NCBI RefSeq assembly: GCF_046299655.1 | Contig: NZ_JBKBHZ010000007.1 | Coordinates: 7,370 to 71,369, forward strand | Length of the DNA stretch: 64,000 bases | Reading direction: 5' to 3' | From: Thermosynechococcus sp. | GTDB lineage: Bacteria > Cyanobacteriota > Cyanobacteriia > Thermosynechococcales > Thermosynechococcaceae | In this document: positions 1 through 9,351 of the stretch, piece after piece | How the letters are laid out: every line of letters starts with the position of its first letter | Numbering within the stretch: the first letter of the stretch is position 1 | Translations under genes and position numbers: made by a program | Notes under the pieces: generated by a model | The model's input: the letters and a program-made list of their open reading frames with translations, nothing else | Databases searched by the model: none | Told to the model about the DNA's origin: nothing

Positions 1-1083
1 AAAACTGTAGAGGGCTGCTGGCAGATAGTGATAGATGAAAACACAGCGGCTCACCAGTGCCCAGGGCAAGAGATTAGCAGCATAGTTCAAGAGCACAAAG
101 CGGCCTGCGGTGGTATGCCATTGGAGAACTAAAAGCGCCAAAGTGGCCAAGGTACTCAGCCATAGCAATGGTGGGTTAAAAAGGGCATAGACGGCGTAAA
201 CCCAGCGGGTAGCTTCCATTGGTAGGGGCGGGCCAATGACCGGCACCGCTTCACTGAGCGTTTGCACTCGCTGAAAAAAGTAGCTCATAGGACGTAGCAG
301 AAGCGGCCAAGACCACCACGGTGAACAGTAGGGATGGGCAGTACTAGCAACACTGCGGTGGAAGTGAAACATTTGCTGATGGAGATCCAGTAGGCGCTGG
401 TGGGGATGAAATTGCAGATGAGGCCACCAGAGGAGCGTATAGACAACAAACGTGACAAGCGGGAGGAGCAGACACATCTGCCACCAGGAGTAGGTCGTCT
501 TCCCCTCAGCCGGCAGCGGCAACCTCTGCTGCAGAACCCAGAAAAGCCCTACCCCTAGTAAGAATCCCAAGCCACTCCACTTCACAGCGACACAAGCCCC
601 AAAGGCCATGCCTGCGGCCATCAGCCAAAGCGATCGCCCCCTTCCTTGGTAGCGCAAGCCCCACAGCCAGAGAATCTGTGCCACCACCCCAAACAGCACA
701 AGGGAGATATTTATCAGGGCATAGCGGGACTCCACCAAAAAGAGGCCATCGAGGGCAACAAAGAGTCCCGACAACAGTGCCACGCGCGATCGCCCCGTCA
801 GGAGATAGGCCAGCACTGCTACCGCCACAGGAATCAGCGATCCCATCAGGGCATTCAACCAACGATAGCCCCAAGGGTGAAAGCCACCCCCCAGCCAAAT
901 GCTGAGGGCAATCAAGTATTTTCCCAGAGGCGGATGGGCGTCAAAGAAGGGAACCCCAGCCAGATAGTTGCGACCAAAGCGGGCGAAATAGACCTCATCA
1001 AAAACGAGGGTGGGAAAGCGGGTCAGCCCCCAGAAGCGGGTCACCAAGGCAAAGAACCACAGCAGCAGTAGCCCCAAGGGCAT
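1..1083 (-). CDS. GT39/PMT-type phospholipid-carrier-dependent glycosyltransferase (membrane protein), C-terminus outside the window
   Basis: Absent from the ORF track because it runs off the window start. Hand translation of the minus strand from ATG (1083..1081) is open for all 361 codons: MPLGLLLLWFFALVTRFWGLTRFPTLVFDEVYFARFGRNYLAGVPFFDAHPPLGKYLIAL... It is multi-pass hydrophobic, has a DE motif in the first loop, and later shows SPWWSWPL and CVFIYHYLPA, which are typical of the PMT family. Confidence 0.75.
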   Translation of the reverse strand, partial: MPLGLLLLWFFALVTRFWGLTRFPTLVFDEVYFARFGRNYLAGVPFFDAHPPLGKYLIALSIWLGGGFHPWGYRWLNALMGSLIPVAVAVLAYLLTGRSRVALLSGLFVALDGLFLVESRYALINISLVLFGVVAQILWLWGLRYQGRGRSLWLMAAGMAFGACVAVKWSGLGFLLGVGLFWVLQQRLPLPAEGKTTYSWWQMCLLLPLVTFVVYTLLWWPHLQFHPHQRLLDLHQQMFHFHRSVASTAHPYCSPWWSWPLLLRPMSYFFQRVQTLSEAVPVIGPPLPMEATRWVYAVYALFNPPLLWLSTLATLALLVLQWHTTAGRFVLLNYAANLLPWALVSRCVFIYHYLPAALYSF

Positions 1084-1084
1084 C

Positions 1085-2236
1085 CTAGGCCGCTCCCTGT
1101 AGCTCCGCGGTGCGCACAGCAATGCGCTGGCTGCGATCGCCCCGTTGAATGGTTAGATTGAGCACTTGCCCCACGGCGGCGTTATCAACAATGCTCTGCA
1201 ATTGATCGGCACTGGTAATCGGTTCTCCATCCACGGCTGTAATCACATCTCCCCAGCGCAGACCGGCTTTTGCCGCAGGCGTATTGGGCAACACTTGCAG
1301 CACAAGGACGCCATTGACTTCCGGCAAAATCACTGGCGAGTTGGGGTTAGCATTGTTTTCCTTGGCCATGGCCGGCGTGAAGGTGGTCATTTGGATGCCA
1401 ATGTAGGCGTGTTGAATTTTCTCACCGCGAATCAGGCGGGCTTGCAGGGCTTTGGCCTTGTTGATGGGAATGGCAAACCCAATCCCCATGGCATCGGCAC
1501 GAATGGCAGTGTTAATGCCAATGACTTCCCCCTCTTCATTGAGCAAAGGTCCCCCAGAGTTGCCGGGGTTGATGGCCGCGTCCGTTTGAATAAAATCAAG
1601 GCGCTTATCGGGAATGCCCACTTGCGCACTGGAGCGGTGGAGCGTACTGACAATCCCCAAGGTGACTGTGTTATCAAGGCCAAGGGGATTCCCGACGGCG
1701 ATCGCCCAATCTCCCACTTTTACTTGACTGGAATCCCCAAGGGGAGCCGTGGGCAGGGGTTCGGTCACCCCTTTGAGTTTGACAATCGCTAGATCAGATA
1801 CCTCATCCACGCCGCGCACTTCCCCTTCAAACACACGACCATCCTTGAGGCGCACCATCACCGTATCTGCTTCACTCACCACATGGGCATTGGTCATCAC
1901 GATGCCACTGGGATCGATGATGAAGCCCGACCCCTGACCCCGCAGCCGATCCTCTTGGGGGGGCAACGCCAAGCCGGGGAAAAATTGACGAAAGAAAGGA
2001 TCACTCAAGAGGGGATCCGGTGTGCGGACAATCGTGCGTTCGGTATCAATGCGAACAACCGCATCGCCAACTCGCTCCACTGCGGCGGCCACAAAACTAT
2101 GGTGAGGGGTAGAAACTGCGGCCCACACCGGTGTTCCACTACTAAGGCACCAAACAAGGGCAAGGCCAAGGCAGAATTTGAGGGTCTGCTGAAGCAAATG
2201 GGCAAGGCGTTTCATCATTGGTGGCCTAAAGCGCAA
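1085..2236 (-). CDS. HtrA/DegP-family periplasmic serine protease (trypsin-like domain plus PDZ)
   Basis: 383 aa ORF with a signal-like N-terminus, the catalytic motif [14 protein letters not shown] (His) and a C-terminal PDZ-like region. The start may be an internal Met (MKRLAHLL). Confidence 0.9.
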   Translation of the reverse strand: MRFRPPMMKRLAHLLQQTLKFCLGLALVWCLSSGTPVWAAVSTPHHSFVAAAVERVGDAVVRIDTERTIVRTPDPLLSDPFFRQFFPGLALPPQEDRLRGQGSGFIIDPSGIVMTNAHVVSEADTVMVRLKDGRVFEGEVRGVDEVSDLAIVKLKGVTEPLPTAPLGDSSQVKVGDWAIAVGNPLGLDNTVTLGIVSTLHRSSAQVGIPDKRLDFIQTDAAINPGNSGGPLLNEEGEVIGINTAIRADAMGIGFAIPINKAKALQARLIRGEKIQHAYIGIQMTTFTPAMAKENNANPNSPVILPEVNGVLVLQVLPNTPAAKAGLRWGDVITAVDGEPITSADQLQSIVDNAAVGQVLNLTIQRGDRSQRIAVRTAELQGAA

Positions 2237-2371
2237 CAGATTTATCTCTGATTGTATCGAAGCGACCCCCTCTGCCTAGGAATCCAAAGCACAAATCTGC
2301 ATAGGTGGGGAATCTCCCTCAGAACAAGAAGCAGTGTCAGAATCGTAAAGGTATTCAACGCTAGGGGCACT

Positions 2372-3235
2372 ATGCTGCGGATTGGCATCGTCGGGCTGGG
2401 ACTGATTGGGGGTTCCTTGGGCATTGATTTGCGGGCAAAGGGGCACTATGTGGTTGGGTTAAGTCGGCGCCCAGAAACCTGTGAGCGGGCGATCGCCAAG
2501 GGTGCCATTGACTGGGGCAGTACGGAGCCAGAAATTTTGCGTGCCCTTGATTTGGTGTTTCTCTGTCCCCCCATTGGCAGCATCCTCTCTGTGGCCCTAG
2601 ACATTAGGCCTTATCTCAGTCCAGAAACGGTGCTAACAGATGTCGGATCCGTCAAGGGAGAAATTGTCCCTGCCCTTGAAAAACTCTGGCCTCGCTATGT
2701 GGGTGGTCACCCCATGGCCGGTACCGCAGAATTCGGCATTGAAGCGGCGCAAGCCCATCTCTTTGAGAATGCCCCCTATGTTCTCACCCCCACTCTCTAC
2801 ACCGATAGTGATGCCCTTGACTGTGTTGCTGGGGTGGTCAACGATCTCGGCGCCAAGCTACTCTATGCCACCCCGGCGGATCACGATCGCGCCGTTGCTT
2901 GGATTTCCCACCTTCCCGTCTTAGTGAGTGCAGCACTGCTCCTTGCGAATGCCCAAGAAGCCAATGAGCCGATTCGGAAGCTTGCACAGCAGTTGGCCAG
3001 CTCTGGCTTTCGCGATACCAGCCGTGTTGGGGGCGGTAATCCAGCGTTGGGACGGATGATGGCAGAATATAACCGCGCGGCGGTGCGCCACTGCCTGATC
3101 CGCTACCGTGCCACCCTTGATGATCTGATTCGCCAAGTGGAGCAGGAGGACTGGGAGCGGCTGCAAGCCACTTTAGAAGAGGCGCAAGCCTACCGTGAGC
3201 AGGTCTATCCCTCAGGGACGCCGCCGGTAGTTTAG
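2372..3235 (+). CDS. tyrA: Arogenate/prephenate dehydrogenase
   Basis: The ORF track starts at 2252, but the Rossmann N-terminus MLRIGIVGLGLIGGSLG begins at ATG 2372. GGHPMAG and the remaining TyrA-family features follow. Confidence 0.85.
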   Translation: MLRIGIVGLGLIGGSLGIDLRAKGHYVVGLSRRPETCERAIAKGAIDWGSTEPEILRALDLVFLCPPIGSILSVALDIRPYLSPETVLTDVGSVKGEIVPALEKLWPRYVGGHPMAGTAEFGIEAAQAHLFENAPYVLTPTLYTDSDALDCVAGVVNDLGAKLLYATPADHDRAVAWISHLPVLVSAALLLANAQEANEPIRKLAQQLASSGFRDTSRVGGGNPALGRMMAEYNRAAVRHCLIRYRATLDDLIRQVEQEDWERLQATLEEAQAYREQVYPSGTPPVV

Positions 3236-3703
3236 ACGACGCACAATCCAGTAACTGGCAGACAAGGCCAAGATGGCGATCGCCAGCCCCAAAAGCTTCG
3301 CCACGGTTTCCGGTTGACCAATATCCAAAATAATAATTTTGCGGGCAATGGCAATCAAAGATGTGACAATCACCAGCTCAACGATTTGCGACGAGACGTG
3401 GGTTTTCAAGTAGGCAGTGATATTTTCGAGGATCTCCAAGGCCACAAGCACATTGAGAAAGAGGCCGAAGATTTTCACCAGTTCAAAACTAAACTGCCCC
3501 AAGGGCGGTGAGAATAGCTCTACGGTCAAAATTCGCCCCAAATCAATAATGGCGACGATGACCACCAGTAGCATCCCGATCGCCAGCAACCGGGTCGCGA
3601 TTCCCTCAATCTGACTGAGTAACTGCAAAAACCGCTGATTGTCCCGAAGTAGAAGAACTGTCTCTTGCCACAAGCGGATCAAAGGCCGCCCCCAAGGTCG
3701 CAT
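3212..3703 (-). CDS. PsiE-family (phosphate-starvation-inducible E-like) membrane protein
   Basis: 163 aa with four predicted TM helices. The LEILENITAYL ... SLIAIARKIIILD pattern resembles the PsiE family. Its 3' end overlaps tyrA by 24 nt (convergent). Confidence 0.6.
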   Translation of the reverse strand: MRPWGRPLIRLWQETVLLLRDNQRFLQLLSQIEGIATRLLAIGMLLVVIVAIIDLGRILTVELFSPPLGQFSFELVKIFGLFLNVLVALEILENITAYLKTHVSSQIVELVIVTSLIAIARKIIILDIGQPETVAKLLGLAIAILALSASYWIVRRLNYRRRP

Positions 3704-3705
3704 CC

Positions 3706-4461
3706 CTAGACCTCAGCCACAAGCAAAAGAGGAGTATAGGCCACAGGTTCTACAAGACGGGTGTCTAAATTGAGCCGCTGAAATTGGGCTTGCAGTTCCC
3801 CAAGGGTGCCTTTGACCGAGAGCAGTCGCGGTAGCCATCCTTGAAGGCGCAAACTCCCATTGCCAGCGGTGGTGATCATCACCTTGGGCTGCAGCCATCG
3901 CCCCAATTCCAATGCTGTTTTGCCCCCCTTGAGAATCGCCCCCACCACGGGTAAACAGATATCCAACAGCGGCGTAATCACCACATCCACCTTGCCGCAC
4001 GTGCGCAGCCAAGAATCATGGCAACCGTGGGGTTCATAGTAGAGACTCTGAGCGCCGCAGCGCAGAATGTAACCATTTTCCTGTTGACCAGGGCCAATGC
4101 TAGCACCTTTCGTGGCTTGAATTGTCAGATCGCGGTACGTGTGGGTTTGGTGGGGACGAAGGGCAATCACTGTTTCAAAGCCAAGGCTCTGGGCAACTTT
4201 GGCAGCACTGGGGGAGGCAATGACCGGTAGGGCGCGATCGCAGGCGCGGAGGGTAGGTTCATGGCAGTGATCCGGTAACCCTTGGGAGAGCAAAATGACA
4301 TCCACATCAGTCGGCAGAGCACAGGGGCGCGATCGCTCCGCCTGAAAGAGCCAAGGCGTATTGCCAAAGATCAGTGCCCCCACAAACCACGGATCAACCA
4401 AAATCCGCGTATGACCCAACTCCCACAACCAAGTATTGCTCTCCAACCACGTTAACTGCAT
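3706..4461 (-). CDS. MBL-fold metallo-hydrolase
   Basis: 251 aa with the His-motif region LSQGLPDHCH and overall beta-lactamase-fold-like sequence. Confidence 0.75.
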   Translation of the reverse strand: MQLTWLESNTWLWELGHTRILVDPWFVGALIFGNTPWLFQAERSRPCALPTDVDVILLSQGLPDHCHEPTLRACDRALPVIASPSAAKVAQSLGFETVIALRPHQTHTYRDLTIQATKGASIGPGQQENGYILRCGAQSLYYEPHGCHDSWLRTCGKVDVVITPLLDICLPVVGAILKGGKTALELGRWLQPKVMITTAGNGSLRLQGWLPRLLSVKGTLGELQAQFQRLNLDTRLVEPVAYTPLLLVAEV

Positions 4462-4471
4462 TGCCCCGCTC

Positions 4472-5980
4472 CTACAGGAACTGCGCCAAGATACTGTAAA
4501 TCAGCAAAAAGATGTTGCCCATGACCACGCAACCCACCCCCACTAAACCACAAATGAGCAGCGCTGTCACACCCCCTAATCCCGCTTGCAACAGAGGCAC
4601 AAAAAAGAGCACTGCCCCTGAAATGACCGCAATGATCAACTGTTCCCAGTATTCAATCCAGCGTTTGTATTGCATAAAGACCAAGAGGGCAAACAACGCA
4701 CCCATCAGGCCAGCACTGACACCAACGGGTAACTGCCAAGCCGTCATCAAGCTAAAAATCATCAACCCCAAGGCCGTCATTTCAAAGCCTGTAAAGCCAG
4801 CGCTAATGAGAATTTTCAATGCCGGTAAGGGGGGCGCCGGCTGGCGAGCCGGTTGTGCTTTCGGACGTGGTGTGCTTGTCGGTGGCGTCACCGGACTAGG
4901 TGAAGGCGGGGGTGCGAGTTGCGACAGAACTGGTGGCGTTACTGGTTGTGGCGGTGGGGAGGGGGGGACGACTGGTCGCGGTGGTGGAGGGGGTGCTGGG
5001 GCAGCCGCCGAAGAAGTATTTAAGGCGGCCAAGACCTCTGCGGCGGATTGGTAGCGATCGCTAGGCGCCGGTTGCAGCATGCGATCCAAGATGGCTTGCA
5101 GTTGTGGACTAACTTGGGCATAGGCATGCCAATCCCAACGGTTGTTATAGGCATCAAATAGTTGACTTGGGTCTTTACCTGTCAGCAGCACAATAGAGGT
5201 GACAGCCAAGGCATAGAGATCTGAACTGGGATAGACCCGCTCCCCCCGCGCTTGTTCTGGCGGCGCATAGTATTGGGTATAAATGCCCGTAAAGTGTCCT
5301 TGCTGTCCACCTGCTTGGGAAATCTGCTTCACCGCACCAAAATCCAGCAGATAGAGCCGCCCTTGGCCGGGAAACTTGGTCTTGCTGGGGTGCTGGCGCA
5401 TAATATTCGAGAGCTTAATGTCACGGTGGATTGAGCCGTGGTCATGGACGTACTGCAACACGGGTAGGAGTTCCCGCAGTACCTGCCGCACCTGTTCTTC
5501 ACTAAAGCAGCCCTGTTGAGCCAGTTCATCCTCTAGGGTTTCGCCGTCAATATATTCCTGTACCAAGTAGAAATACTGCTCCACCCCTTGGCCATCTACA
5601 CTGGGGACTTCTTCAGCAAAAAAGGCCAGTAAGTCTGGAATCTGGGCGTGCTGCCCCAGTTGATCGAGCACTTGTCCCTCCCGCTCAAAGAGTTCCAGTG
5701 CTTTTTGCCGACTCTGGGGATCAGACATCATCGGCATAAACTGTTTAATCACGCACTCGCGCCGACCGGGGGTATCCAAATCCCGTGCTAGATAGGCCGC
5801 CCCGAAGCCCCCACGCCCTAAAAGCCGCTCTGCAACATATCGTCCCCGTAGAATCAAGGGCATCCCACAGGCCGTACAAAATCGTTCCGCCACACGGCTA
5901 TAGCGTTTGTTGGGGTTGTCTAAGTCTGGAACATCGTTTTGGGGACGACTACAGTGGGGACGGGTGCAATAGACAAGCAT
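4472..5980 (-). CDS. Ser/Thr protein kinase with an N-terminal 4-Cys (zinc-ribbon-like) prefix, a Pro-rich linker and C-terminal TM helices
   Basis: 502 aa with CTRPHCS...CTACG, the kinase motifs GRGGFGAAYLA, HRDIKLSN, DFG and APE, then PPPPPRPVVPPSPPP and about four hydrophobic helices. Confidence 0.9.
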   Translation of the reverse strand: MLVYCTRPHCSRPQNDVPDLDNPNKRYSRVAERFCTACGMPLILRGRYVAERLLGRGGFGAAYLARDLDTPGRRECVIKQFMPMMSDPQSRQKALELFEREGQVLDQLGQHAQIPDLLAFFAEEVPSVDGQGVEQYFYLVQEYIDGETLEDELAQQGCFSEEQVRQVLRELLPVLQYVHDHGSIHRDIKLSNIMRQHPSKTKFPGQGRLYLLDFGAVKQISQAGGQQGHFTGIYTQYYAPPEQARGERVYPSSDLYALAVTSIVLLTGKDPSQLFDAYNNRWDWHAYAQVSPQLQAILDRMLQPAPSDRYQSAAEVLAALNTSSAAAPAPPPPPRPVVPPSPPPQPVTPPVLSQLAPPPSPSPVTPPTSTPRPKAQPARQPAPPLPALKILISAGFTGFEMTALGLMIFSLMTAWQLPVGVSAGLMGALFALLVFMQYKRWIEYWEQLIIAVISGAVLFFVPLLQAGLGGVTALLICGLVGVGCVVMGNIFLLIYSILAQFL

Positions 5981-6079
5981 GGCAGGGATGGCGCGATCGT
6001 TTCCTTGATTATCATAGTGCTGTCATAGCAGGCAAGGCTGAGCCGACGAGGCAAGACTGTTTAGACGAAACTTGGCAAA

Positions 6080-6152
<73 letters not shown>

Positions 6153-6158
6153 ACTATT

Positions 6159-6182
6159 CTTTAGTTTACTATGCTTTGGCAG
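6159..6182. repeat. Direct repeat copy A (ctttagtt-tacta-tgctttggcag), adjacent to the tRNA-Thr 5' end
   Basis: Matches copy B at 6734-6752 (ctttagtt-tgctgtggcag): 18 of 19 aligned positions, with a 5 nt indel. Confidence 0.6.
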
Positions 6183-6191
6183 CAGTGGAAA
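6163..6191 (-). promoter_or_regulatory. Possible sigma70-type promoter for tRNA-Thr
   Basis: On the minus strand, TTTCCA (6191-6186), a 17 nt spacer, then TAAACT (6168-6163), ending 10 nt upstream of the mature tRNA 5' end. Each hexamer matches the consensus at 4 of 6 positions. Weak evidence. Confidence 0.3.
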
Positions 6192-6733
6192 CCCTGCGCA
6201 TTGGCAAGTGAAAGTAACATACTCCCGACCCTCACGCTTCGCGTAGAGGGCGGGCTTCTCCAGTCTTTCAACCTTCGCGTTTTATAGTGAGCCGATGCCC
6301 CAGGCCCACTGTTTTGATGAGTATCACAGAGTTGATGTCTCGCGACGTTGTTTAGGAACCCTGCTCTCCCCGCATCGGCAAAACTTTTGTTCAGGCCAGA
6401 CTTTGCCGCCTGACCATTGGGCAAGGATTGTAGCACACACTTATTGAACAGCAAGACTCCCCTCGCTCGGGCACTTCGGGGGCAGCGAACCCCCTCAGCG
6501 CCCCTGGTTCTTATCCCGACGCTCCCCTTCGGAAGAGCGCGAGGCTTCCCGCCGATTAGCTAAATCTCGTCCCCTTCATGGCAAACGAGAGCGAGCATCC
6601 GCAAAGCGGAAGAAAATAGGCTAAATTCTGATTACAGCCCTGCTCTAAAAGGTGGGATACGTTAAGGGGACGCAGTCCTGATTCTAATACTGTCTTTCGC
6701 TATTTTGAACGTGTTCTATCCATGGTAAGAGGG

Positions 6734-6752
6734 CTTTAGTTTGCTGTGGCAG
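6734..6752. repeat. Direct repeat copy B
   Basis: See copy A. The two copies bracket about 550 nt of ORF-free sequence. Confidence 0.6.
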
Positions 6753-6762
6753 TCGCACGCCG

Positions 6763-8007
6763 GTGATTATCCTGCACCTGATAGACCCTTGGAAACGTCA
6801 GCCGGTCAAAACATGGCGTTTTCCAGTTAAAACGACTATTCGTATTGGTCGTGCCGCAGACAATGATGTGATACTCAAGGATATTCTCGTGAGTCGCCAT
6901 CACGCTGAACTGCGTTGCTATCGGGATCCAGAAAATCTCGGGCGTTGGTATCTCAAAAATTTGGGGGCGATCGGCACCTTTGTGGATGGTCGCCTTGTTG
7001 ATGAGAGCAAACTTGCCAGTGGCAGCCGCATTCAGCTAGGACCCACAGGTCCGATTCTGGAATTCCATGAGCAAACCTTTCGCCGCAGTGCGCCCACCCT
7101 TAGCGAGTGTACCCATGCCGGTAATCTGCCGGGGAATCTGTTTTGCATTCACTGTGGTCAACCCTTCAATGTGCAGCGCACTGTACGCAACTATCACATT
7201 CTGCGCCTTTTAGGGCATGGTGGGATTGGCACAACCTATTTAGCCTGTGAAGCCCAACCCCCTGAAGGATGGACTGGCAAGGTTCCAGAGGTGCGAGTGC
7301 TGAAGGAATTGCGGTCTGAGATGGAGGACAATGAGAAGGCACAGGAACTCTTTGAACGGGAAGCTCGTATCTTACAACTCCTTGACCATGCTGGAATTCC
7401 CCGCTTTTATGACTTTTTTGTGGAAGACGGCAAAAGCTATTTGGTTATGGAACTCATTCAGGGCATTGACCTAGAGCGCTGGGTACTGCGCAATGGCACG
7501 GTACCGATTCCGCAGGCGGTGCAGTGGATGATTCAAACCTGTGGTGTTTTGGACTATCTGCACAACCAAGACCCGCCAGTGATTCACCGTGACCTCAAGC
7601 CGAGTAATCTGCTGGTGCGATCGCGGGATAACCAAATTGTTTTGATTGACTTTGGGGCAGTCAAAGAAGTGGGGCATTCCCCCGCTGTTACCGGCATTGC
7701 CGTGGAGGGCTACAGTGCCCCCGAACAGATGAGGGGCAACCCCACCATTCAGTCAGATCTGTTTGCAGTCGGGGCAACATTAGCCTTTTTACTGCTAGGC
7801 AGTCATCCAATTCGCTTCTATCGCCACCGTGATGGCTTGCATCGCCTTGAGGTTTCGGATCGCCCAGAGATTCCTGATCCCCTAAAAAGGGTAATACACC
7901 GCGCTACTGCTCCCCTTGTTGGCGATCGCTACCCGTCTGCCCTTGCCCTAGCCAAAGCCCTCAAGGAGGCCGCTGCTGAGTTGCCCCAAGAATCCTCGCA
8001 AGTTTAA
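6763..8007 (+). CDS. FHA-domain plus zinc-ribbon plus Ser/Thr protein kinase
   Basis: 414 aa with a GTG start. The N-terminal FHA signature is RIGRAADNDVIL...VSRHHAEL, followed by CIHCG, then the kinase motifs GHGGIGTTYLA, HRDLKPSN, DFG and APE. Confidence 0.9.
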   Translation: MIILHLIDPWKRQPVKTWRFPVKTTIRIGRAADNDVILKDILVSRHHAELRCYRDPENLGRWYLKNLGAIGTFVDGRLVDESKLASGSRIQLGPTGPILEFHEQTFRRSAPTLSECTHAGNLPGNLFCIHCGQPFNVQRTVRNYHILRLLGHGGIGTTYLACEAQPPEGWTGKVPEVRVLKELRSEMEDNEKAQELFEREARILQLLDHAGIPRFYDFFVEDGKSYLVMELIQGIDLERWVLRNGTVPIPQAVQWMIQTCGVLDYLHNQDPPVIHRDLKPSNLLVRSRDNQIVLIDFGAVKEVGHSPAVTGIAVEGYSAPEQMRGNPTIQSDLFAVGATLAFLLLGSHPIRFYRHRDGLHRLEVSDRPEIPDPLKRVIHRATAPLVGDRYPSALALAKALKEAAAELPQESSQV

Positions 8008-8029
8008 TTTAACGTGACTGTCAATTCCT

Positions 8030-8701
8030 ATGATTTATCTGCCCGTTACCGCTCTCCTCTTTGTGCTGCTGCTGCTGTCGCTGCCTTTCCTGTGGCTGGC
8101 GATCGCCCTCGATACCGTACAAGTAGCCGTTGCCAAGTTGGGCTTTTCACCCACTGCTGCCTCAGTTTTACTGCTGCTGGTGATTCTCGGCAGTACGATT
8201 AATATCCCCCTCTATGAGCGGGTTTCCACAGTAGCCATCGTTCCCGACTTTGAGGAACTCTGGTTGAGCCGGTTTTGGGGCATTCCCCTACGCAAAATTG
8301 AGCAGAAGACCATTGTGGCACTGAATGTGGGGGGCGGCCTGATCCCGACGGTGCTAGCCCTCTATCAATTTACCCGCGTCAGTCCCTTGGCAATTCTCTT
8401 GGTGACGGCGATTGTGGCCGCTGTCAGTTACTACTCTGCTCAGGTGGTACCGGGAATTGGTATCCAAATGAATGCCTTGGTTGCACCCTTAACAGCAGCC
8501 ATGACAGCGATTTTAATTTCTGGGGGCGTGGCGGCGGCACCTATTGCCTTTGCCGGCGGTGTGCTGGGAACCTTGATTGGGGCAGATTTACTCCACCTAC
8601 GGGAAATTGAGCGGATGTCGGCAGGCGTACTGAGTATTGGGGGTGCAGGTGTCTTTGATGGTATTGCCTTATGTGGGTTATTTGCACTGCTATTAACTTA
8701 G
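8030..8701 (+). CDS. DUF1614-like integral membrane protein
   Basis: 223 aa and highly hydrophobic. The family assignment comes from remembered sequence character only. Confidence 0.55.
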   Translation: MIYLPVTALLFVLLLLSLPFLWLAIALDTVQVAVAKLGFSPTAASVLLLLVILGSTINIPLYERVSTVAIVPDFEELWLSRFWGIPLRKIEQKTIVALNVGGGLIPTVLALYQFTRVSPLAILLVTAIVAAVSYYSAQVVPGIGIQMNALVAPLTAAMTAILISGGVAAAPIAFAGGVLGTLIGADLLHLREIERMSAGVLSIGGAGVFDGIALCGLFALLLT

Positions 8702-8769
8702 GCATACCCGCAGCAGGAATGTGCATGGTAAAGTGCTGGATGGAACGCTGAAACCTGTGAGAAAAATCT

Positions 8770-9222
8770 ATGGGTCTGTTGGCTGGCTATCAATTTGTTA
8801 AAGATTTAGAGTCCGCTGGGGCATTGGCACTCTTTGTGCCGCCGGAGGGCGGCTTTGAGGGGCGCTATCAACGGCGATTGCGTTCCAAGGGCTATACCAC
8901 CCTGCATATGAGCGCACCCGGCTTGGGGGATTTAGCCGCCTACCTGACCCAAGAGCACGGGATTCGTCCGGCTCACACAGGCAAGGAGAACATTCGGGTA
9001 TATTTCCAGCCTCCTCTTGTTACCTATCACTTGGAAAATCTCCCCCCTAACGCCAAAGGCTTAGTGCTGTGGCTGATTGATGGTAAACGCCTTTCAAAGC
9101 AGGAATTTGCCTACTTGGCACAGTTGACTCAGACGCTGCCGAAATTCAAAGTGGTGGTGGAAGTGGAGGGCGATCGCTCTGTGCGCTGGGAACCCCTTGC
9201 CGATTGGGTTGCTGCTGCTTAA
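8770..9222 (+). CDS. ndhN: NAD(P)H-quinone oxidoreductase (NDH-1) subunit N
   Basis: 150 aa, MGLLAGYQFVKDLESAGALALFVPPEGGFEGRYQRRLRSKGY... This matches my memory of cyanobacterial NdhN. Confidence 0.85.
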   Translation: MGLLAGYQFVKDLESAGALALFVPPEGGFEGRYQRRLRSKGYTTLHMSAPGLGDLAAYLTQEHGIRPAHTGKENIRVYFQPPLVTYHLENLPPNAKGLVLWLIDGKRLSKQEFAYLAQLTQTLPKFKVVVEVEGDRSVRWEPLADWVAAA

Positions 9223-9351
9223 GATTCTGATTGGTTGCGTCAATCAGCAAACTGCCTACTTCCCCCTTGACAACCCTGCTGAAACCCTGAAGGATATGCG
9301 CTAAGAGGGCGCGATCGCGCTGTATCAAAAATAACCATTGGGGAAGGGACG

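Larger units (their letters stand above)
6153..6762 (-). other. ORF-free, hairpin-rich 610 nt region upstream of tRNA-Thr; candidate large structured ncRNA or non-coding insertion (unclassified)
   Basis: No credible ORF and no HIP1 site. Several GC-rich stem-loops were folded by hand (plus coordinates 6224-6254, 6469-6503, 6519-6540, 6565-6590, 6599-6609). It is bracketed by an imperfect direct repeat. Strand assignment is tentative, chosen to be co-oriented with the tRNA. See findings. Confidence 0.35.

Noticed and set aside
506-1071. ORFs 506..898(-), 646..1071(+) and 678..905(+)
   Set aside because: All lie inside the long open minus-strand frame of the GT39 glycosyltransferase and have Pro/Gly/Arg-rich shadow-frame composition.
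6161-6454. 97 aa minus-strand ORF inside the structured region
   Set aside because: There is no SD, the composition is odd and the product is low-complexity. It is more likely a chance ORF in non-coding sequence.
6153-6758. A canonical ORF-less group II intron, suggested by the minus strand beginning GUGCGAC at 6758
   Set aside because: The best 3'-proximal hairpin (6224-6254) has a GAA triloop and single-nucleotide bulges, not the 34 nt domain V with an AGC triad, a 2 nt bulge and a GNRA loop. No clear domain VI or tetraloop receptor was seen, and group II introns do not create flanking direct repeats. I keep this only as a weak possibility within the finding.
6153-6762. Could this structured region be RNase P RNA, tmRNA, SRP RNA or a known riboswitch?
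   Set aside because: I looked on both strands for the hallmark strings: RNase P GAGGAAAGUCCGGGCU and ACAGAACCCGGCUUA, the tmRNA 5' GGGGCUG..UUUCGAC with a 3' T-arm and ..CCACCA, the SRP GGAA-tetraloop domain IV, and the B12 box GCCACUG. Only loose resemblances exist, for example GGCGGCAAAGUCUGGCC and GCCCACUG. None has the required partner elements.
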